Shown here: positions 41,301-50,453 of the stretch, in pieces
How positions within the stretch are numbered: the stretch's first letter is position 1
Layout: each line of letters opens with the position of its first letter
Source: a virus
Direction: 5' to 3' (one strand)
Virus record (IMG/VR): IMGVR_UViG_3300032053_000034
Span: 1 to 64,000 of that record
DNA length: 64,000 bases
The notes under the pieces: model-generated
The model's input: only the letters and a program-made list of their open reading frames with translations
Told to the model about the DNA's origin: nothing
The model's database searches: none
Program-made: the position numbers and the translations under genes

Positions 41301-44300
41301 CCAAGACCTTTAAAAATACACACTGGAGAAAAACCATATTCTGAAGTAATTGTCCCGGTTAAGGATGCAGATTTCTACGGTCTTAAAATTGGTGATGAAA
41401 TTCCAGAAGATATAATGCGCGCACTTGGAGTGAGGATTCCTACAGAATCTGCACACTCTGTTATTCCAATGAGAGTTGTTGCTTTGTTACCACCATATAT
41501 GGGCTCTCAAATAATTGTGCCAAGTGAGTTTGTTCTTTATTCAGGGATGGATTTTGATATTGATGCGCTATATGTGAACATGACTGACTATGATAAAGAG
41601 TATACTCCAGAGGGTATTCTGTTTAATAAAGTTCAGTATGATAGGGGGCACAGTGGGATTAATGATGCAAGTCTATTTATAGATTATGCTATTGAAATGC
41701 TTGAGAATGCTGGTATTAAAAACGCAAAAGAATATTACAACTCAGAAGTGCTTAAAACTGGATCTTTCAGTTTAATGAATAACCCAACAGCCAAAAGAAC
41801 TATTATGCAAGTTACTGGTCTGGGTGATGAAAGAAAGTACCCAGCAACATTTGCAGAATGGAAAGCAATGAAGAATAAGGTAATATCATCAAGAGGGCTT
41901 AAGAATAAGCAACTTGACTTAAGACTTTCTTCATTTAATTCCATAACAAAAGATGGCACTAATCCTCAAATGGAAGCCGCCATTAAACCTGCGGATGTTG
42001 ATGGCCTTACTTCTATTGGTAAACAGATTGCAAGGTTTATGGGAACTAGATTATTGTCTGGTTTAAATAATACTGTAACAGATACTTACCAACAACAGAA
42101 AGCTCAGAGAACAGGTAAGCCACTCATTGATGTGGCTATTGCTCAGGTTACAGGATTATCAATTGCATTGTCTTACAGTAATAGTTTAACTCCTTCACAG
42201 GTGGCTAATATTGAATATGCCCCTGGGAAAAGAATCCCTACAAATGGAAAGACTATTTATGACCTTAAAATGGATGCTGATAGTAATGGCAATATAGTAT
42301 TCTATGGTAATGAATTAGGAGAAACTAGACTCAATGCTGGCTCTGCAGCTGCTGCAGCCATCCTTGATGATAGCAAGAATGCAACAAGCTTTAGTATGAA
42401 TTACACCAAGAGAACATTGTCTGCTTCTTTTGGTGGATATTTACTTGGTATTGGGAGAATGATTACCGGGTTAATGAATAATAACCCAATCATATTCTCT
42501 CTTGATTCACTTGATGATTCTGAGTTCAAAACTTATGAAGCTGACCTTGACTTTATAGCATTTGCCGCAGACACACAACTTGGTAAGTTGTTGGTAAAAG
42601 GTGAAAATGGTGTAGAAAATCTGTATAAACTTTACAGGTCATATATGCCTATGGAGCAAAAAGCAATGATTGCTGATCAAATAAAAGAAGCCAAAGATAA
42701 ATTCCTAAGTAAGCCACTTAGCGCAGAGGCGGTGTATGCTTATATTGGGAATAACAACGGAAGAAATAACTTATCTTCTTATGGTTCTCCTTTAGATGTC
42801 CCTACATACACTCTTTCTCCAGAAGAGTTTAATGAGAGATATAATAAGCAAAAAGCTGGCTTACTTGTAAATAATGTAGATTCTAATTTCGCAAAGAACC
42901 AATTACACATTCTTGATAACTTTAAAAAGCTTGAAAAACTTGGCGGAAATTTAACTTCTATTCAACAGGCATATACAGTTCCTTTGAAGGGTTTTGATCA
43001 GAATAAAATAATCAACTTTGACAGAATGATTGCCAAAATTCCAAATGAATTTGGAGCTAAAGAATATCTCACAAAAGATACCTCATTGATTTCTGCTGTT
43101 AAGACTTTCTCTTCTGATTTATTTGACATGATGTCAAAAACAATCTTAAGATCTTCTGCTCTGTTTGAGCATATTGGTGATAGTTTATTTACATATTTAC
43201 CAGGGATTGATGAGATTGCTGCTAAAGAAAGAGTATCAGATATTGTTGCTGAATACTTTGTATCTGAGGGTGCTAAAAATCTTGGGCTATTTGATGTAGA
43301 TTTTGTTTCTTCATTAGGCTCTGAGGTTAAAAATAGAAATCACAGAAACAGAGTTGCAAGTAATGTATCAGAATTATCTGACCATGCAATAAAAAGACTT
43401 TCTGTTGATCAGTATCTTGCCAACATGCTAAACAAAGAGGTTGAGGTTGCTTCAATGTTATTTGGGTATACTGGCTTTTCAATAGATGGAGCTATTGCTA
43501 CTATCAAGGCTCAATACAACCCTGTAATTGGAAACAAATTCCTAGGCAAGCTTAAGGCAAATAAAACTGGAGAGTTATTCACAATAGATTCTAGCAGGCT
43601 TCTTTCAACAGATAAGTTTGAAGTGTCAAATGATTTTGTAAATCTTCCAGATAAATTAAAGGCGCTTGTATTCTCTCAGGCATACTATGAAGGGTTTTCT
43701 TTTGGCCCAACAAAAGTATCTAGCTTTATGCCAGCACAGGAGCTTGCTTCTCCAGATGTTGTAAAGTTGTTTAAGGATATTGATGATGCTGTTTTAAATA
43801 TTAATGACCCTGAGAATTTCTCTGGCAAACTAAAAAACTTCAATGAAGAATTAAACATTGATGACTTTGCTCACATGGTATTTAAAAGGTCAAGATGGTT
43901 ATTCAAAGAGGTTAAGCCAGAAGCTATAGATAAATTCAACTTGTCTGATGATCCTAAGAAAAAGTTCTCATACAAGTATGTGTATGCAAAGCTTAATGAT
44001 GAGGCTGTTCTTTATAAATTGACTGATGGAGATCCTGCAAAAGTAAATCCTGTAGTTCCAAACTATGAGAAGTCATTATCAAAAATTCATAAAGCTAAGA
44101 TTGAAAAACAGTCTTCTGATATTGTGAAAACTGATAGCTTTGCAAGTATTGCAGGAAGTAGGGATGTTGATGATATAGCATATTTGGCTAATGACAATAT
44201 TATTGTTGTTCTTGGTGTTGGAGATGGTGTTAAGCAAGAGGCATTCTTCATAAGTAAACCTAAGGTTGGCGCAAAAGGAAGTAGTGCTATTGTATTTTCT

Positions 44301-45026
44301 CATAACACAGAATTATACTCATCTGATGTTGTTACTAATGCTGATAGAGGTATATTTGACATAAACTCTATATCAAATGTTAGTGATGAATTTATTGTCA
44401 TAAACAATGTGTTCAATAATAACATGGAGATAGGTGCTGGTGAATTTGTTACTGGTGTTAGTAAGGATTTTACTGCAAGAGCATCAAACAGAAAAGCAGC
44501 ATCTAGTGCAGCTCTAAGAAGAGCTTCATTTAATACCATAAGTGCTGTTGACATGAAGTTAATGAAAATGCTTAATAATGGAACATTAATTTCTGGCTAT
44601 AGCAAGCTTGGCGTAATCATGTCTGATATTAGTGAGTTAAGACCTAAATTCTTTCACTCTCTTGATGAAAATATATCAAAAATTAATGACTACTTGTCAA
44701 TGATTAAAAGTAAGATAGAGGTTATTGTCAATGAAGGATCTGGCATTTCAGAGGATATTCTTAATGATATTATTACAGATGCTAGGGAAAGTGTTTTTGA
44801 TGAGGAAAGAAATATTGAATACTACTCATCAAGAATGCTGGAAGGGGTAAATAGTGCAAGATCAGAAAGAGGTCAAGATTTATTAACCCAAGATCAATTA
44901 GATGAGTATATTGAAAGTGAGTATGGCGAAGTTGGATTTACCGATATGATGAAACATAAAGATGTTTTACTTGATAATCCATCATCAAAAGAATATAAAG
45001 ATTTAACCTCCCAAATAGGCTGCTAA
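32301..45026 (+). CDS. Giant virion-packaged two-barrel RNA polymerase polyprotein with zincin-like domain
   Basis: TDGQ and K...LK.S beta-like motifs, RIPT, catalytic GMDFDID (nt 41550-41564), HEAFH...EEYMA zincin (nt 37272), N-terminal hydrophobic Gly/Ala segments. Confidence 0.9.
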   Translation: MSGKTKEQESKERMEAAKQADASYRPTLDEGTSVSLEIDPDQNKLNAHETDDMRQQRLFDEQSTGEALLIGAENFGINAVSSFIGNTAGVVAGVHNAMTSGDATMNPLSEENIDEFINNPINKYLAEFSENFNKDNPVYSDPGNSTLFDDVASAKFFSDVIGSAGYTAGGMASALTVGKLGSAARQGLLKSAVTGSTKEFDEFLKSGIADPLIRENVKKAVINNTFKGATSLTGAAMGRAYESSIEASQAGKEASARMAESLKDRKDLSTEEKSRMTEQAKNSAQVTSFSLNMMLGYSDMTQSAKMFNTFGDGVENVSKWWKEGLNQFIQEGGEEYAQNRIQKIAVDNEFTSGTSNKILKSFSTLVEGVGDREAQLAALSGGLSGAPMGIYAGAKNYDKQQKIELENKELYAKLSSQLKPNEKIQLDKNLKYAELEEQKNNGRVVLSALNNLGQVSEEQSSVKIPNSEHTLGSLKELSIEDTVKYAYESEKLKKELEISIRSASNAQLSETVFAAIDSGNLENLKLELEAISKSSNEEISKVIGEEVTNDNKDKKLKAMSAKIDKAEKIYNSIKNNIAGASPQQQREAGMIATNLEFLSTMRMKELHSNPSSLDLSTIGIDTTLAEFQDKFNEDFLAIKDRNTFSRKDIEDSEEGSPLAAFKKRVENNPNKETFRDNVKIALEQDELSKKSFMANVIKAVDKHFGPGKQKEKAEEVATYTANLYIHDKLTKEINNQRVEYQKSMNALVWNKQKAAQEKKDAAQVKSIKKDIAKQPKTVDEILEDYSLSEAPSEVKTPRLAAAFETFFNLNKDRTNSFGVNFETKGILSAVIDDIAKAYKESAGDNSMTGSILLQKVIEKANLVDGNNYWKTQISPESTVAAEAMLSTLGDRQQRLANPKPSDGIGVTPMDLYIYAEQNKNNRNSVLGAVEKAENATYVEVKNARERLVRLRNKISKKVIISEKGLVWKDGQYVPAVISGSYPISPSQLITQDVKDRYVQEINEALRGLKNIESPEVIDEQAIKAVQFVIETFDAHPGTVDNPKPDQDEIKLAIAEYENMLLTGKKSAGAGDFFFEKIDGQKKEVSKISLPVYRDGNTGVSKDLYFDKADPMVALVYVKDDKKHTLSFNRTKYYTSPDKGQSITSPEMDSLLVLFKDTNAIALADAMDLSVARNFKYNYANESLGNQTKTLAELPGKFFVGGVPTVTAGTIVQNDGNVIFVNPIAPLIGSNGKTYNIPVQSTQLDISTVKELSKLVAGVTGHSQINRLRAIVESIYVKGLTTENMNGDILEQLKNAAFVGQMVSQFVNKNSKGFRYDVAILSAVNEMAAENPDFFVSQESGNKLIKQLENDVTQATDQIQEQLNKTFFNPFIKKEYINEMIKEAYGKVKTQIDEIFPNLEGVHLGINVAQEKDSDNATAKLVVIPYSLDKNRTFLEGEGEQETSNIQYYSSTIDGQKWIQAEYFLDATVGDPTSKKVTGLEAEGGDVVSGDTILSYLNKNGMLRNAVFLNVEASQNPSRDMIANAVSKVMSPVDINSPIAGKLRGKIKVKSDFNQPVDSAIATGEVDKEKSPEQSAAEEDLEDLLSSMMKVDTGSNKLRDKKNLSKARRWVSRNLPAGITMKDFDGFTQRAYSQKGVLGQYIDNMILLSNEAGGSVVYHEAFHAVLNALIPQAERSHFLAIAEDEIGPIKQVDLSEFRSQHESRKNLSFERLKDLYLEEYMADQFAEYKMTNDAKPWWKQLWDGIIEWLGFAKVSGSQIKNLFYKIDTGQFAKSSIISSNSNALLFKVINKDDGSQIPVSESDDIIKGFASYFQYTKGLTSKTASSFFKPENRDAIRESLVEFLDAHEEVFESAKQKRNSLPDTAAFDINVFNDLTSRASTIENIDTSSVNGIIDLMIKEKSSIFDITSVDINPIDEINEAEKATLNDFDASAGEFSITPETIAVKRLFSNMPIEDSVMKSGLNSLDISDNAKKLINNNILFARFNNGDAMYAQAMSTLSDSSTFEEYLSKLDAMVSYPEWTSIKDKIRKVNGEPTNFAHLLRKATNYYYVDSSFVKEGAKTSVSTTGLGSRALTSATIDIQQKINGGLSVQKLIDSVGNIGKILPLMRSGSPKASESFNNNRKTLSNNIRNIGITIDPGLISFLAASYTNNEVLDEKNNIIDALERYITSITSKYAEDPESITGKKVVSQITILPGIKKPFEDLVKITARYNTAAPLVSIDRFAGKSIWNYVRNNHIVSRAKAINNANDISDLTDTKATIAYAPYLRDVDLLKQGNKNEDVTGSIDKDRVSLHVFRGSEKEDGNDLAFKEMSPADILEAQINMFFHAGGTKRFFMPYVIERKNTQYVYGVESPYITLDDFGTASSTLFEDTSSEDSDFDYKVSNTTIDIYYQMFMANIDQAIENKDNKEEFYTYRNELQNIIKYLEPFKEDFIKDKDKAHKMYESNIRGVINTNLRKAFSDFFVMLQDEGIVRINNQTKPSAGENNPIPRYLPTEVTSLNEMTSFDKKGNHKEAIKDYLSFFLESMIANQSLDHITMGDDRQWNEYNTKRSAEDNSAAAKINKSKRMAGAAASYSGMDMYGQYKYSFGKKIKMSESEQMSFTALKISDTFSYVKGAETFKDVSGNMEFTGPNPEDKKAVAAFKAFQDKMSAEGYSEVAITDGQAYQDINRLRNWMISDNKIRNEKDEKLIDKIAMDNEELSKPDWEYILKNTNVHLNSIKDIYYDGDTYLKESTTLLLRQITSVKETAGIIKDSLEAMYAKSGNLQREFNFNGRDYVKDSANGHWYYSAPKEFMGAILDTRKLHERLNQMQRMGATHMFHESCEKHKMSKPGGVFVLSNDKHGKQQETPSGHDHVVDGTQLQSLIMAAISDTDMIDGKSAKHTKAEILAAQVAIREISFDKVFSDILLKSKNKEDKLNIRKLYAKIKQANLSTGKDVIAQLFDKVGDEYVPKSMNIVSRSLRDSIISIINNKVLKQSVFGDKFYCVSAYGFEVIDEKTNKPRPLKIHTGEKPYSEVIVPVKDADFYGLKIGDEIPEDIMRALGVRIPTESAHSVIPMRVVALLPPYMGSQIIVPSEFVLYSGMDFDIDALYVNMTDYDKEYTPEGILFNKVQYDRGHSGINDASLFIDYAIEMLENAGIKNAKEYYNSEVLKTGSFSLMNNPTAKRTIMQVTGLGDERKYPATFAEWKAMKNKVISSRGLKNKQLDLRLSSFNSITKDGTNPQMEAAIKPADVDGLTSIGKQIARFMGTRLLSGLNNTVTDTYQQQKAQRTGKPLIDVAIAQVTGLSIALSYSNSLTPSQVANIEYAPGKRIPTNGKTIYDLKMDADSNGNIVFYGNELGETRLNAGSAAAAAILDDSKNATSFSMNYTKRTLSASFGGYLLGIGRMITGLMNNNPIIFSLDSLDDSEFKTYEADLDFIAFAADTQLGKLLVKGENGVENLYKLYRSYMPMEQKAMIADQIKEAKDKFLSKPLSAEAVYAYIGNNNGRNNLSSYGSPLDVPTYTLSPEEFNERYNKQKAGLLVNNVDSNFAKNQLHILDNFKKLEKLGGNLTSIQQAYTVPLKGFDQNKIINFDRMIAKIPNEFGAKEYLTKDTSLISAVKTFSSDLFDMMSKTILRSSALFEHIGDSLFTYLPGIDEIAAKERVSDIVAEYFVSEGAKNLGLFDVDFVSSLGSEVKNRNHRNRVASNVSELSDHAIKRLSVDQYLANMLNKEVEVASMLFGYTGFSIDGAIATIKAQYNPVIGNKFLGKLKANKTGELFTIDSSRLLSTDKFEVSNDFVNLPDKLKALVFSQAYYEGFSFGPTKVSSFMPAQELASPDVVKLFKDIDDAVLNINDPENFSGKLKNFNEELNIDDFAHMVFKRSRWLFKEVKPEAIDKFNLSDDPKKKFSYKYVYAKLNDEAVLYKLTDGDPAKVNPVVPNYEKSLSKIHKAKIEKQSSDIVKTDSFASIAGSRDVDDIAYLANDNIIVVLGVGDGVKQEAFFISKPKVGAKGSSAIVFSHNTELYSSDVVTNADRGIFDINSISNVSDEFIVINNVFNNNMEIGAGEFVTGVSKDFTARASNRKAASSAALRRASFNTISAVDMKLMKMLNNGTLISGYSKLGVIMSDISELRPKFFHSLDENISKINDYLSMIKSKIEVIVNEGSGISEDILNDIITDARESVFDEERNIEYYSSRMLEGVNSARSERGQDLLTQDQLDEYIESEYGEVGFTDMMKHKDVLLDNPSSKEYKDLTSQIGC

Positions 45027-48000
45027 TGAAATGTATAGTCAAAGATGATTTATTCCGTTTTGCAGAAGCAAATGGTTTAAACTCACCAGATATTTATCAA
45101 AAGATTCTTGATAAGTATGAGGGAGTTCCTGATAATGTAGCCATTGAGGATCTCCAGAAAAAAATAAATGATCCTATACTGAAGAATACCCTCTTCAGTA
45201 TAGACTCATATATTGATAGCATTGTAAATACTAACAACCTAATTGAAGATAGTATTGAGTCATCAATATTAAAAATACTTCCAGGTGATAATGTAGCAAC
45301 TGCTTCTGCCCAAGGTATTGTAACCAAGAGTAGAAACAGTAATTCTATTGATGGCAAAACTACATTCTTTGCAACAAAAGGTATTCCACTAAACATTCAA
45401 TCTATTATTAAAATTAAGAATGGTCAAAAAACACTTACACTTAGAGACCCAAAAAAGAGTCATTATGGCTCTGACCTTGTACAGCATATTAGTAATGGGA
45501 TCATGGGTAATGGTGTTGGGACCAATTTTACAGCAAGATTTAAGTCCCCTCTTGAGAAAGAGATTGTCACAAAAAGCGGTACAAGAAAAGTACCTGTGCC
45601 AATGAATTTAAGAGAGTATTTATTATGGAGAGCATCCGTAGGCAGGCCTACAAGTGCCAATGCTATTCTTAAAGAGTTTGTTGGTAAGGCTGGTTTAAGC
45701 GAGAGTGGTGACAAAATTAATGACTCTTCAATGGAGGATATTTATGAAGAGGATATTAAGGATTGGTTTAAATATCCAGACTCTCAGGAAAACAAAAGAA
45801 TCATATATGAAGTTGAAGATGTAACTGCAGTTATTACAGAAAAGATTCTTGAGCCAAAAGAGGTGGATGCACAGATTAAGCAGGTGCAAGAAGAATATAA
45901 AGGAAGCACTGTGCACTATCAAATCCTTGGATATGACATTCCTGGCGGTGTTCCAGAAAATCATGTGATTGCTATTATGGAATCTTTAAAAGAGAGGTTT
46001 GGCATAGACTATGAAATTAACCCAAATCTTACTGATGAAATGGGAAATCCTTTACCTGGGATGATAAGTTATTCTGAAGGAGCTATTGGGAAAGTTTATA
46101 TTAACCCAACTGTAGCAACTCTTGATACTCTGTTTCATGAGTATATTCACCCATTTGTAGATCTAATGGCTACAAATAACCCTGCACTGTTTAATAGTTT
46201 GATTGAAGAAATTAAAACACTTTCAAATCCTCAATCAGAAAACCACAGTATTCATATGTCTAACATTGTTGATAGGGTAAAAAGAAACTATCCTAGCTAT
46301 GTAAATGGTGAGGTGTTGAATATTAATGGATGGACAGAAGCGCTTGTACAGGCTCTTGGTGAGGAATCCCAAGATGCATTCTTGGATACCAAGGAGGTAA
46401 ATGAAGTTGGGCAGATTGTAAATACTGGTGATGTAAATACGCGCTTTAGAAGATTGTGTAGAGATTTTTGGGACATGGTAAGCGCTGTGATTGACTTAAT
46501 CACAACACCTTATGGCTATATGAAAAGTCTTTATGGCAACACAGAAAAGAGCATTGTAGTATCTGAGTTGCCGGTAATGACAATTAAGCAAATTGGGACC
46601 ATTATTGGTGGGCTTGATAATAAAGTAAATATTATTGGAGTTGAATCACTAACAATTCCTGAAGCTGAAAAAACTAAAATTCAAATAATTGTAAATACAA
46701 TTAATCAATCTCTTACTACAGTAATTGCTAGCTATAGAGCCAAAGAGAGAAGCGCAATTATGGGTGGTGGTGTTCAATCCTTGCAACATCTAAAGAGTGC
46801 GCTAATGTCAGCTGAGGCTGTCAAGGGAGCTGTTTCTTCTGTGTACTATGGCAACTCTCACTTTAAGGATATTGTAGATACATTTGAGAATAATTATAAA
46901 ACAATGAATCTTAAGGATCAACTTGACTATTTAAGAGAAGTTGATATTATCATGAGAACTTTTGATCCACTCATGACTATAGATCCAGATGTGTTTAATA
47001 AAATTGAGTTTGCTGGTAAAACAGAATTTATAAGAGCCTTGCTTTCTGTTCAAGATAAAATTGGAACAGTTAGCAGAATACTTAGAAGTAATGCACCAAC
47101 AGCAATGAAGCAGTTTATTCATAACCACATGACTGCAGAAGAGCGCGCAAACTTTAATATTGATAAGGAACTTGGTAGTGGTGCAGACTTGAGTTTTCTT
47201 GAGTATGGATTGGGCTCTATGGCCTCTTCTCCTGACTTCATTATGGGCATAACTGATAGAATCAATACCCAAGCCTTACATGAGGATGGTGAGGAACTTT
47301 CTGCAGATATTGAAAGTTTTAGAGCTCTTATGAATGTGTTTTCTGACAAAGGAATTGACCCTATGTCTATACTTGCTGATGAGGATGAAAATGGAAAACA
47401 ATTGCCATTTCTTGTTAGTCACATTGATAGAGCTTTCTATGACAAGAAGAATGAATTAAGTGATAAGCTTAAGGATAATAATGGAGATAATAAGCAGTTT
47501 ATTATTGCTGATACTCCAGAAGCCAAAGTATTTAACAAGCAACTAAAAGCTGATCAAGAGGAATATTTTAAATTTCTCAGGGAAAATACACACATAGATG
47601 AAAGTATAAATGTATCCATGAATATTGGAGGAGCCTACATTGATATTCCCCTTGATTCTTTTAGAGATACTGTTTTCTATTATGACCCTAATACTGGAAG
47701 TCTTCAGATTAGACCAGGATTTTCTGAGTCAGAAGTAAACAATATTATGGATGAATATTTCAATGGTAGAATTAAATCCAAAGTGGATAATAATGGAAGA
47801 TTTGCCGGAGTTACATATCCAATAATTCACAGAGAAGATGGGTCACAGGCATATATCTATGAGAACTTCTCTGTTAAAAGCAAATACACTGTTCCAAACC
47901 AAGATAAATGGCAGAACAAAAAGTTTGCTAAATTACATAGTGATCCACAGAAGCTAGAACTTTACAATAAGTATCAAGAGCTTCATGAGAAATATCTAAG

Positions 48001-49906
48001 CAAATTGCCATCAAGCATCTATGATAAAGATATGATGCCATTAATGAAGAAGGATGTTTCTTCTGCATTTTTTAGTTCTGAAGACAAAGCCGCTTTTATG
48101 GTGAATGGAACTAAGAATATGATTGAGGACTATGTTAGTAATATCTCTAAAAAGCAGATGATGATTAATGGGAAACTTAATCCTGGTCTTCCATTAATGT
48201 TCTTGTCTAAGCCGTCTAAGAATAAACTAGAAAAGCTTGATGCTTTAAAAGAAAGATTAAGAATAGAAACAAACCCTGAAGAAATAGAAAAGATTACAAA
48301 AGTTATTGGCGAGCTAAATAATAAGATTGATTACTCAGAAATTGACTACTCATCTTTTGGCGACTCTTTCATCAAGTTTATGATGATGGCAAATAACTTT
48401 GAAGCAAAAGCCAAGATTGAATCTGCAATGATGGTAATGCAAAACCAGATACACAACAAAAAGGTATATGGCAAAACACTTCTCAAGAATGAAGGTCTTA
48501 TAACAACTGAAGGAGAGGAGAAGTATAAGTCAGCAGAAGATAGTAGGGTTGCCAAGAGGTTTGACGAATACTTGTATGGAATATTTTATGGAGCAGCTCT
48601 ATATGATGATTCCCCAGGTGCAGGTACTGTTGCAGAAACAGTAGTAAAAATTTCATCTATTACCGGGTTAGGATTAAATGCTAAGGCAGCAATTAATAAC
48701 TCAATCATGGGTAATATAAATAATCTTACCGAAGCTTGTGGGGCTCTGTTTTATGGTAGAAGTGATTTGGCTAAAGCAAAAGCTGAATATACTGCGAACA
48801 TATTTGATTTATTATCCACTGGTAGCGAGAGATGTGATTTGAAGATTCTTTTAGATAGTCTTGCAATATTTGAGCCTAATGGTTTAGATGGTAGATTTAA
48901 AGGAGTAAGCTCTAAAAGATTTAGTGATCTTTTAAAAACAGATTCATTATTCTTATTGGATAATACTGTTGAATATGCAAATCAATCTCAAGTTATTATT
49001 GCAATGCTTGAGTCTCATAAGGTTGATGAATATGGCAGTGTTCTTTCTTATAATGACTATAAGAAGAAATATTCTGATGGAACAAAAGAGGACTTTAATG
49101 ACCTTCCAACTCTTAGGTCTAAGATTACCATAGAGGATGGTAAAATGAAATATGATATTAGCAAGCTTGAACTTGAACTATGGAAACAAAGAACCAAAGG
49201 TGTTATTCAATTAATACATGGTAGATATAATATTGAAGATTCTGCATGGATTCAGAGATATTGGATTGGTAAAATGCTTTTGCAATATAAGAGATGGCTT
49301 GGCGCCACTGTTGAAGAGAGATTCAAGAGAAAGTATTATGATGTAAGATTAAGAGAGGATATGGAGGGTAGGTATAGAACATTTGGTAGATACTTGTTTC
49401 AAAAAGCACAACAAGCTATGGGGAAACAAGTAGAAGCAATGAGCTGGGATACCATGTCTGAAATGGAGAAAGGTAATGTAATAAAATCTGCAACAGACAT
49501 TATAATATATGCAGCATTAAGCACTTTGATTGGACTTGCTGGTGTTTTAATGAAAGGCGCTAAAGATGATGATGACAAAAAGAAATATGCAGCAATAAAC
49601 TTTGCAAAATATTATATGGGTAGAGCAAGACAAGAAGTAACTTCACTTGTAAATCCAGTAGAATTATACAATCTTGCGACAAATCCGTTTGCTTCTTCTA
49701 GGACTATCAAAGAGTATGGCGAAGCAATACATGCTCTTGGTGAAGCTGCAATTAGTGATGATGAAATTACTGTTAAGTCTGGTAAATATAAAGGTCAAAA
49801 CAAGGCAGCAAAAGAAGTTATTGATGTTGCTCCAATATGGGGGCAGGTCAGATGGTTTGATAAACTATTTGACTATGAAGCCAATTCTTACACAGGTAAA
49901 AGATAA
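45026..49906 (+). CDS. Large ejected virion protein with zincin-like HEYIH domain
   Basis: DTLFHEYIHPF...EALVQALG (nt 46136); C-terminal HG.Y...Q.K.W...EG.Y and hydrophobic helix typical of crAss giant cargo proteins. Confidence 0.78.
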   Translation: MKCIVKDDLFRFAEANGLNSPDIYQKILDKYEGVPDNVAIEDLQKKINDPILKNTLFSIDSYIDSIVNTNNLIEDSIESSILKILPGDNVATASAQGIVTKSRNSNSIDGKTTFFATKGIPLNIQSIIKIKNGQKTLTLRDPKKSHYGSDLVQHISNGIMGNGVGTNFTARFKSPLEKEIVTKSGTRKVPVPMNLREYLLWRASVGRPTSANAILKEFVGKAGLSESGDKINDSSMEDIYEEDIKDWFKYPDSQENKRIIYEVEDVTAVITEKILEPKEVDAQIKQVQEEYKGSTVHYQILGYDIPGGVPENHVIAIMESLKERFGIDYEINPNLTDEMGNPLPGMISYSEGAIGKVYINPTVATLDTLFHEYIHPFVDLMATNNPALFNSLIEEIKTLSNPQSENHSIHMSNIVDRVKRNYPSYVNGEVLNINGWTEALVQALGEESQDAFLDTKEVNEVGQIVNTGDVNTRFRRLCRDFWDMVSAVIDLITTPYGYMKSLYGNTEKSIVVSELPVMTIKQIGTIIGGLDNKVNIIGVESLTIPEAEKTKIQIIVNTINQSLTTVIASYRAKERSAIMGGGVQSLQHLKSALMSAEAVKGAVSSVYYGNSHFKDIVDTFENNYKTMNLKDQLDYLREVDIIMRTFDPLMTIDPDVFNKIEFAGKTEFIRALLSVQDKIGTVSRILRSNAPTAMKQFIHNHMTAEERANFNIDKELGSGADLSFLEYGLGSMASSPDFIMGITDRINTQALHEDGEELSADIESFRALMNVFSDKGIDPMSILADEDENGKQLPFLVSHIDRAFYDKKNELSDKLKDNNGDNKQFIIADTPEAKVFNKQLKADQEEYFKFLRENTHIDESINVSMNIGGAYIDIPLDSFRDTVFYYDPNTGSLQIRPGFSESEVNNIMDEYFNGRIKSKVDNNGRFAGVTYPIIHREDGSQAYIYENFSVKSKYTVPNQDKWQNKKFAKLHSDPQKLELYNKYQELHEKYLSKLPSSIYDKDMMPLMKKDVSSAFFSSEDKAAFMVNGTKNMIEDYVSNISKKQMMINGKLNPGLPLMFLSKPSKNKLEKLDALKERLRIETNPEEIEKITKVIGELNNKIDYSEIDYSSFGDSFIKFMMMANNFEAKAKIESAMMVMQNQIHNKKVYGKTLLKNEGLITTEGEEKYKSAEDSRVAKRFDEYLYGIFYGAALYDDSPGAGTVAETVVKISSITGLGLNAKAAINNSIMGNINNLTEACGALFYGRSDLAKAKAEYTANIFDLLSTGSERCDLKILLDSLAIFEPNGLDGRFKGVSSKRFSDLLKTDSLFLLDNTVEYANQSQVIIAMLESHKVDEYGSVLSYNDYKKKYSDGTKEDFNDLPTLRSKITIEDGKMKYDISKLELELWKQRTKGVIQLIHGRYNIEDSAWIQRYWIGKMLLQYKRWLGATVEERFKRKYYDVRLREDMEGRYRTFGRYLFQKAQQAMGKQVEAMSWDTMSEMEKGNVIKSATDIIIYAALSTLIGLAGVLMKGAKDDDDKKKYAAINFAKYYMGRARQEVTSLVNPVELYNLATNPFASSRTIKEYGEAIHALGEAAISDDEITVKSGKYKGQNKAAKEVIDVAPIWGQVRWFDKLFDYEANSYTGKR

Positions 49907-49911
49907 AAATC

Positions 49912-50451
49912 ATGCCAGTAAACGCAACTATATCATTAACATATTGTAATAAGCTATCCATTGTAAATAATGAGCTTGTTACAATATATTACCAAATTGG
50001 TAAGGTACAAACAGATGGGAGTTTCTTGTTCCCAGACCCTGTTGTGTGGTATCCAATAGTTCCAGGATATTCAGCAGTAACAGTACTTCCTGATGGTCTT
50101 TATCAGATTATCTTTCAAGGAGATGCTCCTGAAGAAGGATATTATGTTCCTGCCTTGTGCAACATAGAGCAATGTGAAAAGAAATTCATTGTAGATTTAC
50201 TGTGTAAAACAGGTGAATCATGCGGGGTGTATGACAGTTATCTTCTTAGACAACAACTAAAGTTCAGGGCTCTATACACAAACCTGTCATACTTTATTAA
50301 AGTAATAGTTGAGTCTCAGAGTGTATTTACATATATTACTCCAGAAGTATCTGAACTAGTTTATATTAATGACCTGTTTGGAATGCTAACAACAATGTGT
50401 GGGTGTAGTTCAGATAGTTGTCCACCTAAAGACTGCGGGTGCAGTAAATAA
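49912..50451 (+). CDS. Tail hub-like protein with Cys-rich C-terminus
   Basis: PDGLY motif; ends CGCSSDSCPPKDCGCSK; precedes the fibre gene. Confidence 0.6.
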   Translation: MPVNATISLTYCNKLSIVNNELVTIYYQIGKVQTDGSFLFPDPVVWYPIVPGYSAVTVLPDGLYQIIFQGDAPEEGYYVPALCNIEQCEKKFIVDLLCKTGESCGVYDSYLLRQQLKFRALYTNLSYFIKVIVESQSVFTYITPEVSELVYINDLFGMLTTMCGCSSDSCPPKDCGCSK

Positions 50452-50453
50452 TT

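Noticed and set aside
9005-48555. Numerous short antisense and alternate-frame ORFs within structural genes (e.g. 37736-38269, 14862-15329, 27682-28134)
   Set aside because: Nested in long motif-bearing genes, S/F/L/I-rich shadow composition, no recognisable motifs
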